From Bacteroidota bacterium (GTDB taxonomy: Bacteria > Bacteroidota > Bacteroidia > Bacteroidales > Paludibacteraceae), in contig JBJOOU010000308.1 of assembly GCA_046051105.1 (NCBI GenBank), forward strand, positions 2,767 to 66,766: a stretch of DNA of 64,000 nt, written 5' to 3'. Shown piece after piece: positions 31,001 to 39,125 of the stretch (positions are counted from its first letter, which is position 1; the number at the start of each line of letters is the position of its first letter). The notes under the pieces were generated by a model. The model ran no database searches, had not been told where the DNA came from, and saw only the letters and a list, made by a program, of their open reading frames with translations. A program made the position numbers and the translations under genes.

Positions 31001-32612
31001 TGCTGGCACCGATAGTCTGCGACGAACTGCTGCTGTTGAAGTTGATGGTCGAGCCCGTGGCGGTAAAGGTTCCGCTTTTTTTCCAGTTGCCTGTTACATA
31101 ATGGGTAAATGCTCCGGCCGTAAACAGCGCATTGGCGTCTATAAATACATTTCCACCAATGGTGAGCCCTGTAACTCCTGTGGTGTTTGCCGTACCTGTA
31201 ACGGTAAAATTGTTGCAGATAGTGGTGGTTCCGGTTTGAAGGGTTTTAGTGCCACTTCCGCTCAGTGTCAGATTTCCATAAGTCTGTGCGGAATTTAAAT
31301 TACTTACTGTCTGGTTGGCGCCCGAGTATTCAACAGTGCTGTTGCAGTTGATGTTGTGTGTGTTGTAGTTGGTTGGGAACGTGTTGGTTCCTCCTATTTT
31401 TAAAGAAGCCCCGGATGCTATTGTTAATGTTCCACCAGCCAATGCTCTGTTGATGGTGAACGAAGAAAGGTCAAAAGTTCCCGATTTGATATTGATGTTC
31501 CCGTTTATAGCTGTTTTGCTTGCATTCAGCGTGACTGTATTTCCTGTTCCCTGATCAATTATGACACCACCTGTTCCGGCAAATCTCACCGGAAATTCGT
31601 TGTTCGAAGCTGTTATCGAAGCAGTTCCCTTGTATTGCAGAGTGGCTGTGCTTGCATAATTAGGCGTTCCGGTGGCAGTAGCAGTGCCTTCCATGGATAA
31701 TATGCCGTTTACGGTAGCTCCTGTAAGTGTTTTTATACCACTGCCCGACAAGGTAAGGTTGGTATAGGTTGGAACTGCATATACGGTTTGTGCGCCTGCG
31801 AAATTGTAAACTACAGTGCTGCCTGTCAGTGTCATGGTTGTGAAGTTCAGAGGAAAATTGCTCCCTGTCTGGCCGCCGGTATTGCTGCCCAAAATCATTG
31901 TGCCGCTAACTGTCAGTATTCCACCACTTGTAGCTCTGTTGAAAGTAGTACTGCCAAAGTCCAGTGTTCCGTTTATTGTCAGGTCTACGTTTATTTGCTG
32001 GCTGCTGGTTGAGGTTACGGTTGTATAGCTTCCGCTATTTACCACTAATGAGTTCCAGGTAAATGTGCCGGCTCCACTAATCGTTTGCGTGGTACCGGTC
32101 AGGTATATTTTTACATTATCTTTTTTCCCTTTGCCATCTGTTATTAAATTTCCACTATTGCTGATATTACCTCCAATGTAAAGCGTATGAAGTTGAATTT
32201 GAGAAGCTCCATGCGTAAAGCCATTAATAGTACCGCTGGCTCCAATTGTAAGATTGCCTGCAATCGTATCGTTTGTGGCACTGCCTGTACCATAGGTCAT
32301 GGTGCCATTGTTTACCTGCAAAGAGGCGCAGGATGAATTGCCTGAAGTGGAGACAGTAAAGCCACCCTCAATAACTACGTTGTCGCCTATTTTGGGGTAA
32401 ATACCTGTCCCTACTGCTGAGCCACCTGAGGTTAACGACCAGGTAGTGTTGTTGTTCCAATTGCCGGTTGAAATTGAATAATAAGTGGCTGCATAGCCTG
32501 CAAGTGCTATTTGTGTCAGGAAGAATATGATCAGCAGTTTGCAAGTTTGAGTTCTGTTTGCACATTGGAAATATGCTGATATTGTATTGCGGAGGTGTGT
32601 AATGCTTTTCAT
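22008..32612 (-). CDS. Giant (3534 aa) repetitive T9SS-secreted surface protein, probable beta-helical adhesin
   Basis: Signal peptide ending GYA; Thr/Gly/Ser/Asn-rich repeats (YxNLTLSGSGTK, WxGxxxxDWxxxxNW). Type A CTD-like end: IYDLSGKLI...GDYIL...TRKIVV. Confidence 0.88.
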   Translation of the reverse strand: MKSITHLRNTISAYFQCANRTQTCKLLIIFFLTQIALAGYAATYYSISTGNWNNNTTWSLTSGGSAVGTGIYPKIGDNVVIEGGFTVSTSGNSSCASLQVNNGTMTYGTGSATNDTIAGNLTIGASGTINGFTHGASQIQLHTLYIGGNISNSGNLITDGKGKKDNVKIYLTGTTQTISGAGTFTWNSLVVNSGSYTTVTSTSSQQINVDLTINGTLDFGSTTFNRATSGGILTVSGTMILGSNTGGQTGSNFPLNFTTMTLTGSTVVYNFAGAQTVYAVPTYTNLTLSGSGIKTLTGATVNGILSMEGTATATGTPNYASTATLQYKGTASITASNNEFPVRFAGTGGVIIDQGTGNTVTLNASKTAINGNINIKSGTFDLSSFTINRALAGGTLTIASGASLKIGGTNTFPTNYNTHNINCNSTVEYSGANQTVSNLNSAQTYGNLTLSGSGTKTLQTGTTTICNNFTVTGTANTTGVTGLTIGGNVFIDANALFTAGAFTHYVTGNWKKSGTFTATGSTINFNSSSSSQTIGASNFNHITFSGAGTKTATGALTIAGDATISSNFSAGSFTHSIAGAWTNNGTFNAGTSTVTLSATTAKTIGGSSSSQFYNLTLDETGSSTLGINTSVTNTLTLTQGLIDVSTYTFTVAGISGGSTTSYIKTSSTGRLKRQVTTGGTVYTFPVGNSAYNPISFSSSATGNGNSDYFSVRVEDGALTNANVNTKTVNRKWYLMAATTGITSLNVTAQYNAGETGAAFNAASSPRIGFFTGTAWGYSPTATATGSGPYTITASGTAPDASSANAFVALGSEDAFSASKLAITVLPPTPYRGISSSIATVQSQNSQNIPTRVLQSTYFDLTSNKSFTRTGGLTGFAIAAGTHETVINNIQFLVSTWNATSEVYDTNATVTATRTSGESLTNGTTPQFAIKDGSIYRPKTTGNWNSVQWEISSDGGSSWTNTTLPTNSIFAESDVIQIPAGITTTADTNASFYSLIVFGTLDIANATTLTLNHSTNDLGDYNISVYGTLKNSGGTITNSNAAYTPVYVYGGTYWHNRDGGAIPTGSWNTLSGTPSTCKITGISSTAITSGLEQSFQNLIWDNAAQSVTQTLSADMNIANTLTLSNGVITTSTNKVVIGQGGTSTSTNNARINGNIRIQIPTTSSPTINFPIGDASYYTPLTVAFNGTIVGSGYLDAYTTTTQPPLATGLSQTKYIKRLWTVSNTNISGFTSFDITFAFADADKTGTPNTSALVIRKKDNNIWAVTSTGTRTANSTQCTNMTSFSDFAIGEDDCTSTNYIWLGGTSTDWNTASNWCYNQVPVATVDVTIPAGPANQPVIGNSATCKSISIANGASLTLSGSNSLAIKGNLTNNGTIITNSGTISFTGSSAQSITGSVNFYNLTINNTGGVVAANDLTVNGTLNLQSANANASTGALHMGSYTLNMGTDALTTGTGDVTGIVKRQQTFVGYTNYTFGNANTTISFTNVPGATKPGWISCKITLGTAPSWRSQAIKRTYSFAQDGSGNDRTVVHLHYLDSELHDAETDESKLVFWDAYTEPDYSNKFPRSKSNADATNNWIGLAGMAINFFAPSSTLDYKQWGLAYTNVSKIIWTGNGASDYGDWSNPGNWNGGVPTANDDVLIPATLPGDTHGYPIRNLNQSTTPAVCNSIEIENGATLTVDNYPITISGSTGAWINNGTFVPGTGTVTFNHNNQSDIITLGGTTNFYNLNFGANTFMRPNNGMYIGIGGNLTYDGSSVLEFSSSTNTVEFKGENQLIPNPTALGNLRGYYHLTLSGSGASTLQNQLNISGNLTINTTVDGTTNNTTLICEGTSEQTISGTSVLALGSMTINNSSGVTASTNLALSGTLTFITDNPTTNDKGALAMSTDKILDLGADATITGPGDVSGIVRRSHTFSTGTFYAFSNENNGLIFAAVSGYPGQTLPSSVSLKANIGTAPNWSSYLGATLTNPIKRNWEIIQTGGSGTRALMRVHYRDNEIQGGISENNLTIWTSSWVSAYNNFYNKESGRSNYNTDLNYIAIQDVDFAIIPSVWGNFKCTLAPSTTSNYTWIGTISTDWNNPSNWTPNSVPDATHGAIIPNTYTTPYAPTLPPSATCKSIQLNAGALLNAAASGGTLTITGANAAWNAETGAVFNANTSQVIFNADALTAGNTSITGTTGFYDVSIANGTLLRPASNSYTRINGTLTINGTLAAATTENTFEFTSSSSQNIPNPNGSTAGYHNLVLSGSGTKNLPATLNIVDKFINNTTDAGTVNAGSGTVLFNGNAIYDHVISGTTSTTFNNVICDNPGHTISVENNISINGSLEITSGSILDLKTNTLSGTLSSISGTGTIKTQNTGSTPIPASKTWTGLVDYNGTVAQTVVAGTYTDLTIENIAEATAGGDLTVNGILNLAVNNPGATKGLFDTDIYTLNMGAVNTLASTTTGIGDVTGIVKRAHTFEGNTVYTFGNPYTSITFVNFPSTTKPGWVSCKISLGTAPAWRGVAVKRYYSFAKDAGSDRTVLKLHYLDSELNTETTEPYEPNENKLELWDAHNGPTWTPVEVHGKSANDPTANWVGLAGMSIGYIASSSTLDNKQWGLSYSNVSKKIWTGIGFDPNDWALPGNWDGGIPTASDPVLIPAGLSNYPSKNLDPATYPVTIKSLEIEQGASMAVDTCTITIKGSTGAWINNGTFTAGTGKVVFNNDTITNIMTIAGSTNFNNIQVKGNTYILASANSYMGISGSISYDQGSILDFITNNNTVEFNGTDQSIINLTGPSNGKGYHDLKISGSGTKTLPSTLNIAGDFTNNGTMNAGTGTVIIKDQGHKQNIGGTSTSTFYNLTIDNTDQIANATASFNVNNQLTINAQTALEMNTFALGGTFSSTSGTGTLKTQCTSTTPIPSGLTWTFGLIMNNTGSAQSIPAGTYASLQNSNPLLLTAKGALNCTSLILDNATTLDMGTYALSGGSSISGTGTLKTQCTSSTPLPSGKTWPGNVVYNGTSTQTGVSGTFGNIGIENTAGVTLAAGANMSIDGYLFINTSKYLTIPTGTVVSAQTVTNNAGISGITILSNPNSPNGSLIFFNNTNNPVSGTVQMYSKASATNYSNGVYSGYKWQYFGIPIKSIVADPTFYGCYVRKYNEAGIGVGSSPTNYWISQTNSSILSSFNGYEITQPIAKTITFQGTLVNGDFNSGKLSYTTGATNKGQHLIGNSYTSAIDITKINFGSDNENIIENTIYIFNTGSYSDWVNNGVSGTVNGFAPGQYISIPKNMAGQLPELPGQIPSMQAFLLKVNSDNQNANIQIPYVLSSTNNTGMQRISSAINPYLQIKVSGKRYSDNTWISINDKCKNSFDNGWDGYKIISAGNAPQVWTIENNINLQIDCKNELNNTYLGFRCGEDSIYTLTINYNAINNIYPQLYLLDIYNKTTVPIQKNGASFTFKANASTPLTRFKIVTALDIATKNEDQPAAGSNIFNEGSKLHIQNMETGNAILKIYDLSGKLIRNYQNIQPGVSVLESNIASGDYILHFNSGGKEITRKIVVFE

Positions 32613-32740
32613 ATAGATGTCGCTTTTAGGTTGGAAACTAATCTATAAATCTGAAGAACTCCAGACTATTCAGTACAAATATATGAAATAAACTAATTGT
32701 TTGGTATTTAGTATTTTATAGTGTTTTATGCTACGTTTGA

Positions 32741-32756
32741 TGTATAGAATATTACA
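32741..32756. promoter_or_regulatory. TGTA-N8-TACA palindrome, copy 3
   Basis: TGTATAGAATATTACA, 65 bp from the -7 box (plus-strand CAAATATA 32676) of the giant gene. Confidence 0.55.
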
Positions 32757-33231
32757 AAAGAATATACTGAAGTGTTGGCAAAATACTTTGGTGAAAATAA
32801 GTTTTGGGTAATACTGAAATTTCGTGGTCTGATATGCTCTTAAAGGCAGTTTCAATGCGTCGCAAGGATTGGTTTAAGTGTGATGGTTAAATGTAGGTCG
32901 TATAATCTATTACTCTTCAAAATAGTATTGTCTGGGCGTTGATTTAAATTTTCCCATTAAGGAGGATTGTTTTGCTAGATATAAGTCTGGAGTTAATCGA
33001 ATATATAACAAAAATAAACATTAATTAATCGTTTAGTGCTGTTGATGCCTTCAATATTTCGAGGATATTATTAGGTTAATAAGTTGTTTTTCTTGTTAGT
33101 GAGATGTTTAATGATTCATAGGTTTGCTTGTATAAATATGGAATGCGTATTGTTCGATCAATCTTTTTTTTTTTTTGAAAAAAACTGATAGATTCAACCC
33201 CGTTGGTCATAAAGCAGATAAATCGAATGAT

Positions 33232-36200
33232 TTATTTGAAAACAACAATTTTTCGGGTGGTTTCTGTTTGTGTGGATTTTAATTTAATAATATAGTCTCC
33301 TCCAACTAAATGACTTTCTAAAATCGAATTGCCCATCGCTATATTTTTGAAAACCTTTATTACTTTGCCAGATAAATCAAAGATTGTCAGAGTTGAATTC
33401 TCAGTTCCATTGTTTTGGATATATAATTTGCTTCCTTCGTTAAATATGGTGGTGCCGATGGAGCTGGAGGTTTGGTTGTCTGTAGTTATGTCCATACCCG
33501 TTACAATTTTAAATCGTGTCAATGGTGTACTGGCATTGGCTTTAAATGTAACAGTTGTACCAGATGCGCTGATATCTGTAATGCTGTTGTCTAACAAATC
33601 TACCAGATAAAGTTTCGTATACAGGTTATCATTTGTGTGACTGACTGTTATTGTGTATACAGAATCCTCCCCATATCTGAAACCTAAAGTTGAATTGTTT
33701 ATATTGTCTTTCGTGTTGATCTGTAGATTCATATTGTTTTCGATGCTCCAAATCTGAGGAACTTTGCTGGAGCCTATAATCTTATAACCATCCCATCCAT
33801 TGTCATATTGTGGTGTGCAGCTTGAGTTTGTAAATATCCACATTTTGTCCTCATAGCGTGAACCGCTTACTTTAATCTTTGTGTAAGGTATACTTTGTTT
33901 AATTGATCTTTGTAGTGTGGTGTTTCGCATTGTTGCTGAACTGTAAGGAACGGAGATAGTTGCGTTGTTGTTATCACTGTTTACTTTTACTAAATAAGCT
34001 TGCATGGCTGGTATCTGACCTGGAATTTCTGGGTCGCTTCCTGCTAAACTTACTGGCACGGATGTGTATTGACCTGGTGTGCTGCCCATGACTGTTCCCG
34101 AAGCACCATTACTTACCCAGTCAGAATATGATCCTGTGTTGTAAAGATAGATTGTGTTTTCGATTACATTTGGATCAGATGAACCAAATTGTATGTTGCT
34201 GATATTGATGGCAGCTGTGTATGAATTCCCAATCAAATGTTGCCCCTTGTAGGTAGCGCCTGTTGTGTATGCTAACTTCCCGCTGCTGTAGTTGGTGTTC
34301 ACCAGGTTGCCTCTGAATGTGATAGTCTTTGGGGTGGATTGAGTGATTTCATATGCATTGAAGGCGGTTAGTGATCCGTTGCTCAATACGCTTATCCAAT
34401 AATTTGTAGGAAGGGTGCCAATACCAATCCCTGCTTCGTTGTATTTGCGCACATAGCAGTCGTTAAAAGTAGGGGCGGCTGATGTGTAACTTATCGGTAT
34501 GCCGAAATACTGCCATTTATATCCACTATATACACCATTGATGTATGATGTTGCCGCAGCTTTTGAATACATTTCAATGGTTGCAGCTACAGGATTTGAC
34601 GGACTGTTGTTGAATATTAAAGTTCCTGTAGGTGTGCTTGAGGTTGACTGAATATAGATGCCGTTTGAGCCAGCATTATTGGTGATTGTCGAGGATGTTA
34701 ATTTTTTAGAATCAGCAATGATAAGTTGTTTTCCTGTGTTTATGGTTAAATTGCTGGAGATGCTTGCTGAGTCAGCCACGGATACTCCAGCTGCATTGTC
34801 GATGATGATATTGCTATAGTTTCCATTTACAAGGGTTTGAGATGCGGTGCCGTTGTAATTGATAGTATAATTCCATGTTTGATTAGCGGGAATTGGTGTG
34901 CTGGACGTATTTTGTGTTTTGATAGTTCCGCTGCCGGTGTAACTTGCAGTTGGTAGAGCAATGGTAGTCATATCAAGTGTGGTTCCATTTGCAACTTCAA
35001 GATTTGTTGGTGATATCGTACCATTTACTGTTTTTATTCCACTGTTAGTGAGGTGTAAATTAGCATAAGTACCATAAGCTACAGTTTGGTCAGCAGTTGA
35101 ATTGTACGTTACATGTCCAGTCCAATTAATGTTATTTGAAAGTGGAGTACTGGTAGTACATGCCGTTAATATGCGACCAGCGGTCGAAATAGCTGAATTA
35201 GTGATGGCTAATGCAGAAGTTTGCATGTTCAATGTAGTCGTTACATCAATCGAGAAATCGCTGGTAGTAATATCTCCGTCCGTAACCAAAGTGTCGCCTG
35301 TTAGTAAATTTAAAGTGCTGTAACTGGAGCTTTTTATAGTTTGATTTGTACCAATGTAATTAACGGTATTTGTGTTTGTATTAGCAATGAGAGTCGGCGA
35401 AATTGTCGCGCCGTCGCCTGAAAGAGTAAGAGATGCCCCGGACATGTTCTCAAATGAGCCACTGCCGTTTATATAGCCAGCCGAAAGATCTGAATAGTTT
35501 TGTACGGAGCCGTCTATGGTCATGTCATTGATTGATATTGGGGAGGTGGCATTAATAGTTGTGGTGCCAGGAAATGAATAAGCTGAATTTGAAGCTATTA
35601 AATTTCCGTTGACAGTCAGGTCCGAATTGAAAGTCACAGTATTTCCTGTGTTATTAGAGTCATCCCAGGTGCCATCAATAGTTATTGCTCCATTAAAAGT
35701 TAGTGTGATTGGGTCGGATGAAGTCGCAATAGAGCCGTTGCTGGTAATTTGTGTCTGATTGTTGACAGTTATGTTGTTGCCAATACTGGTAACATCATCA
35801 ATAATCAGATTATTGTTTACAGTTACATTTCCCATCGATTTTGCTGAAGTACCGGTTAGTGTAAGGTTGTAGTATGTTGCTCCTTTTATGGTTTGTGAAC
35901 TGGTAGCTGTACTGTTGTATATAACGGTATTGTCAGTGGACGTGGCACTTAGAGTTTTTAGTGTAGCTCCTCCTCCCAGATATAATGTTGAATTGCTAAA
36001 TTGTGTAAGGGTGCTTGACGAAGCATTTCCTGTCAACGAGCCTACAATGGTGAGAGTTCCTTTGTTTGTTACCGCTTTGTTTAGTGAGATGGCCATGCTG
36101 GCACAGGATGCAGAATAACCTACCGGAACAGTAACAGTAGTGTTAATCGTTACTACATCTGCACTTGTTGGTATGCTGGCTCCGCCAGGCCCTCCTGAAG

Positions 36201-36330
36201 TTGCAGACCAGGTGGCTGTGTTGTCCCAATCGCCATTAGCGACAGAGAATCTTGTCGCTGCAATACAGTGAAAGATGAATGCATTTGCCAGAATAGCGAA
36301 GAAAATAGAAAGAAGTCTTTGCGTTTTCAT
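33232..36330 (-). CDS. 1032-aa T9SS-secreted protein, paralogue of the giant gene
   Basis: Signal peptide, GDWDNTATWS N-cap, C-terminal ~490 aa collinear with the giant protein, CTD IFDLSGKVI...GDYII...TRKIVV. Confidence 0.88.
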   Translation of the reverse strand: MKTQRLLSIFFAILANAFIFHCIAATRFSVANGDWDNTATWSATSGGPGGASIPTSADVVTINTTVTVPVGYSASCASMAISLNKAVTNKGTLTIVGSLTGNASSSTLTQFSNSTLYLGGGATLKTLSATSTDNTVIYNSTATSSQTIKGATYYNLTLTGTSAKSMGNVTVNNNLIIDDVTSIGNNITVNNQTQITSNGSIATSSDPITLTFNGAITIDGTWDDSNNTGNTVTFNSDLTVNGNLIASNSAYSFPGTTTINATSPISINDMTIDGSVQNYSDLSAGYINGSGSFENMSGASLTLSGDGATISPTLIANTNTNTVNYIGTNQTIKSSSYSTLNLLTGDTLVTDGDITTSDFSIDVTTTLNMQTSALAITNSAISTAGRILTACTTSTPLSNNINWTGHVTYNSTADQTVAYGTYANLHLTNSGIKTVNGTISPTNLEVANGTTLDMTTIALPTASYTGSGTIKTQNTSSTPIPANQTWNYTINYNGTASQTLVNGNYSNIIIDNAAGVSVADSASISSNLTINTGKQLIIADSKKLTSSTITNNAGSNGIYIQSTSSTPTGTLIFNNSPSNPVAATIEMYSKAAATSYINGVYSGYKWQYFGIPISYTSAAPTFNDCYVRKYNEAGIGIGTLPTNYWISVLSNGSLTAFNAYEITQSTPKTITFRGNLVNTNYSSGKLAYTTGATYKGQHLIGNSYTAAINISNIQFGSSDPNVIENTIYLYNTGSYSDWVSNGASGTVMGSTPGQYTSVPVSLAGSDPEIPGQIPAMQAYLVKVNSDNNNATISVPYSSATMRNTTLQRSIKQSIPYTKIKVSGSRYEDKMWIFTNSSCTPQYDNGWDGYKIIGSSKVPQIWSIENNMNLQINTKDNINNSTLGFRYGEDSVYTITVSHTNDNLYTKLYLVDLLDNSITDISASGTTVTFKANASTPLTRFKIVTGMDITTDNQTSSSIGTTIFNEGSKLYIQNNGTENSTLTIFDLSGKVIKVFKNIAMGNSILESHLVGGDYIIKLKSTQTETTRKIVVFK

Positions 36331-36447
36331 AAGCAGATAGATTTAATGATATTACAATGGAAAAATGGAGCTAATAGTTCTGATCGTTCAAGTTACAAAT
36401 AAAACAAATAAAAATCAAATAGAAAATAGTTTAACTTGCTACAGGCC

Positions 36448-36464
36448 TGTATAATATGCTACAA
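36448..36464. promoter_or_regulatory. TGTA-N8-TACA palindrome, copy 4
   Basis: TGTATAATATGCTACAA; extra TGCTACA half-site 20 bp earlier (36437 vs 36457). Confidence 0.55.
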
Positions 36465-36695
36465 GATTGTTGTGGTTGTTGTGGTCGGCTTGGAAATGTG
36501 TCGCTGTATTTCTTTTCGAGGTTTGTGGTAATTGTCAGATTGATAGTTGTTTTTGTGTCATTTGCTTGCGGCTTAAACGATCTGCAGTTTGATGCCAGTT
36601 TATGACATATTTATAATTTCGTAGTAATTCTTCTAGTGGAAATCAATTGGATGTCAGTGGAGTATGTGTTTGTTTTGTGGACTTAATAACAAAGA

Positions 36696-37478
36696 TTAAC
36701 TATTCGTTCGGATGTTGAGAACTAAAAATCTGACAAATTCTTTCGTGTCAGTGAACTGGGTTTTAGGGAGCAATCTGTGAAGGAGTACCCTTAATGAGTT
36801 CGGCGTACTACCTGTAGCTGCAGCAATCTCGTCGATAGACATTTTGAGAGAAAGCAATGCGCAAAGGTTCAGTTCTTTGTCGGAAAGATACGGAAATAAA
36901 TTGCTTATTTTCTCAAGCCTGTCTTCCCCGATGATAACAGAGCTGTATCGGTTGGAGGATTTTGTGCTATGAAGGTTCGAAGTGATGTCGTCAGCCAGCA
37001 ATTCATCAAGCATGAGTTTGCCCGGCTTGTTGAGGTAGGGTCGAAACTTTTGAGCTTCCTTTTTGAAGGCTTGTGACAACTCCTGAATATATACTTCGTT
37101 TTGTGGCGCAGTGGGTTGAAAGATGATGAGATATAGAGACGGACGATCCGGAATTGCACGTACATTTACAGTTGCGCCACTGATCGTTTTGTCGAATCTC
37201 CTGAAAAAAAGTTCTTTTGAAGTCGTGTTGTTTGTTTTCCCTGCACTCAATAAAAGTTCTTTTATTCGATTGCTATCTATAGTGAGATTTGCCAGATTTT
37301 GCTTGTCAAAAATAAAATCCTCTTTGGTGCTGGCCCTGAAAAACGATACCGTTTGCTGGTTTACTTCCTGAATAAATCCATGCGCATCAGTAATGATCGC
37401 ACAAACAGGCATCCAGTCGAAAACGGCTGAAAGACCATGATGTGCACTTTGATGTATTTCTGGATTTTCCGGAAGCAT
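36696..37478 (-). CDS. PAS-domain plus LuxR/GerE-type HTH transcriptional regulator
   Basis: PAS-like VFDWMPVCAIITDAHGFIQEVN; C-terminal LSDKELNLCALLSLKMSIDEIA...SLRVLLHRL. Confidence 0.78.
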   Translation of the reverse strand: MLPENPEIHQSAHHGLSAVFDWMPVCAIITDAHGFIQEVNQQTVSFFRASTKEDFIFDKQNLANLTIDSNRIKELLLSAGKTNNTTSKELFFRRFDKTISGATVNVRAIPDRPSLYLIIFQPTAPQNEVYIQELSQAFKKEAQKFRPYLNKPGKLMLDELLADDITSNLHSTKSSNRYSSVIIGEDRLEKISNLFPYLSDKELNLCALLSLKMSIDEIAAATGSTPNSLRVLLHRLLPKTQFTDTKEFVRFLVLNIRTNS

Positions 37479-37502
37479 AAATAAATGCAGAGATAGGTTT
37501 AG

Positions 37503-37545
37503 ATAAAAAATCGGAGTGTAACCCGTAGATCCACTCCGATTTTAT
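37503..37545 (-). terminator. Terminator after pgk
   Basis: AAAATCGGAGTG...CACTCCGATTTT. Confidence 0.8.
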
Positions 37546-37567
37546 ATGATGGATTATTTCATCCTGA

Positions 37568-38821
37568 TTATTTGCGGATAGCAGCGATACCCGGAAGAAC
37601 TTTACCTTCCATGTATTCAAGCATTGCACCACCACCGGTTGATACGTAGCTTACTTTGTCTGCCAATTCGTTTTTGTTGATTGCAGCTACTGAGTCACCA
37701 CCACCAATCAAAGAGAATGCACCGTTAGCAGTTGCTTTAGCTACAGCGTGAGCGATAGCAGTTGTACCTTTTGCGAAAGCATCCATTTCGAATACACCCA
37801 TAGGACCGTTCCAAAGAACAGTTTTTGAGTTAGCGATTACTTCGCTGAAAGTAGCGATAGTTTCGTCTGCAATGTCCAATCCCATCCATCCTTCTGGAGT
37901 TTCGTTGGTTTTAGACACGCAGGTTGCAGCATCAGCAGCAAATTTATCAGCGTTTACAGCGTCAGTTGGGATGTATACGTTTACGCCTTTTGCTTTAGCT
38001 TTTTCAAGGATTTCAAGAGCTAAATCCAATTTGTCAGCTTCGCAAAGTGAGTTACCTATTTCACCACCCTGAGCTTTGATGAATGTGTAAGTCATACCAC
38101 CACCGATGATCAGGTTTTGAACGCGATCCAAAAGGTTTTCGATGATAAGGATTTTATCAGAAACTTTAGCACCACCCATGATGGCAGTGAAAGGAGCTTC
38201 TGCACTGGTCAAAACTGTATCCATTGCTTTCAACTCGCTGTTGATAAGGAATCCGAACATTTTAGCATCATCTGCAAAGTAATCAGCGATTACAGCAGTT
38301 GATCCGTGTGCACGGTGAGCAGTACCAAAAGCATCGTTTACATATACATCAGCATAAGAAGCCAATTTTTTAGCAAACTCTTTTTGTTTTTCTTTCAACG
38401 CTTTTTTAGCTTCTTTTTTAGCTTCTTCAGTTTCGAATTCGCCACGTGGTTTTCCTTCTTCTTCTTCGTAGAAACGTAGGTTTTCCAACAAAAGAACTTC
38501 ACCTGGTTTCAATGCAGCAACTGCAGCATCAGCATTTGCACAATCTTCAGCAAAAAGGATAGACTGACCCAAACGTGCTTCGATAGCAGAAATGATTTGT
38601 TTCAAAGAGAATTTAGGATCCGGATTTTGTTTTGGACGACCCATGTGAGACATCAGGATAGCGCAACCGCCATCAGCAAGAATTTTTTTGATGGTTGGCA
38701 ATGCACCACGGATACGGGTATCATCACTTACTGCACCAGTTTCTTTGTTTAATGGAACGTTGAAGTCAACACGAACAATTGCCTTTTTACCGGCAAAGCT
38801 GAAATTGTCAATAGTTTGCAT
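37568..38821 (-). CDS. pgk: Phosphoglycerate kinase
   Basis: [33 protein letters not shown] and STGGGA motifs. Confidence 0.98.
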   Translation of the reverse strand: MQTIDNFSFAGKKAIVRVDFNVPLNKETGAVSDDTRIRGALPTIKKILADGGCAILMSHMGRPKQNPDPKFSLKQIISAIEARLGQSILFAEDCANADAAVAALKPGEVLLLENLRFYEEEEGKPRGEFETEEAKKEAKKALKEKQKEFAKKLASYADVYVNDAFGTAHRAHGSTAVIADYFADDAKMFGFLINSELKAMDTVLTSAEAPFTAIMGGAKVSDKILIIENLLDRVQNLIIGGGMTYTFIKAQGGEIGNSLCEADKLDLALEILEKAKAKGVNVYIPTDAVNADKFAADAATCVSKTNETPEGWMGLDIADETIATFSEVIANSKTVLWNGPMGVFEMDAFAKGTTAIAHAVAKATANGAFSLIGGGDSVAAINKNELADKVSYVSTGGGAMLEYMEGKVLPGIAAIRK

Positions 38822-39125
38822 AGTTTGTATTTTGAATGTTTGATAATTCTTGAGTATAAACCGACTTTCATCTCAAAAAAATCTCTCAGCTGAAAAAACT
38901 GAATAATCAGTTCATTGGATAATGTTGTTTCGATTTGTCAGTTTGCGGATGCAAAGATACAAAAAAAGTTACAGATTTGCGGTGGATTGCTGCCTCCTAT
39001 TTTCCCTAAATGCGCCTAATTTATCGCTAAAAATATTAAAGAAATTTTTCCCTAATGAATATATAATTGTATATTTGCGACGTTTTATCGCAAACGAAAA
39101 ATTATAAACAAAAATAATAAACATT

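Noticed and set aside
22008-36330. Diversity-generating retroelement or shufflon acting on the paralogous C-termini
   Set aside because: No reverse transcriptase or invertase is present. Differences are not adenine-restricted, and both copies are in full co-oriented genes.
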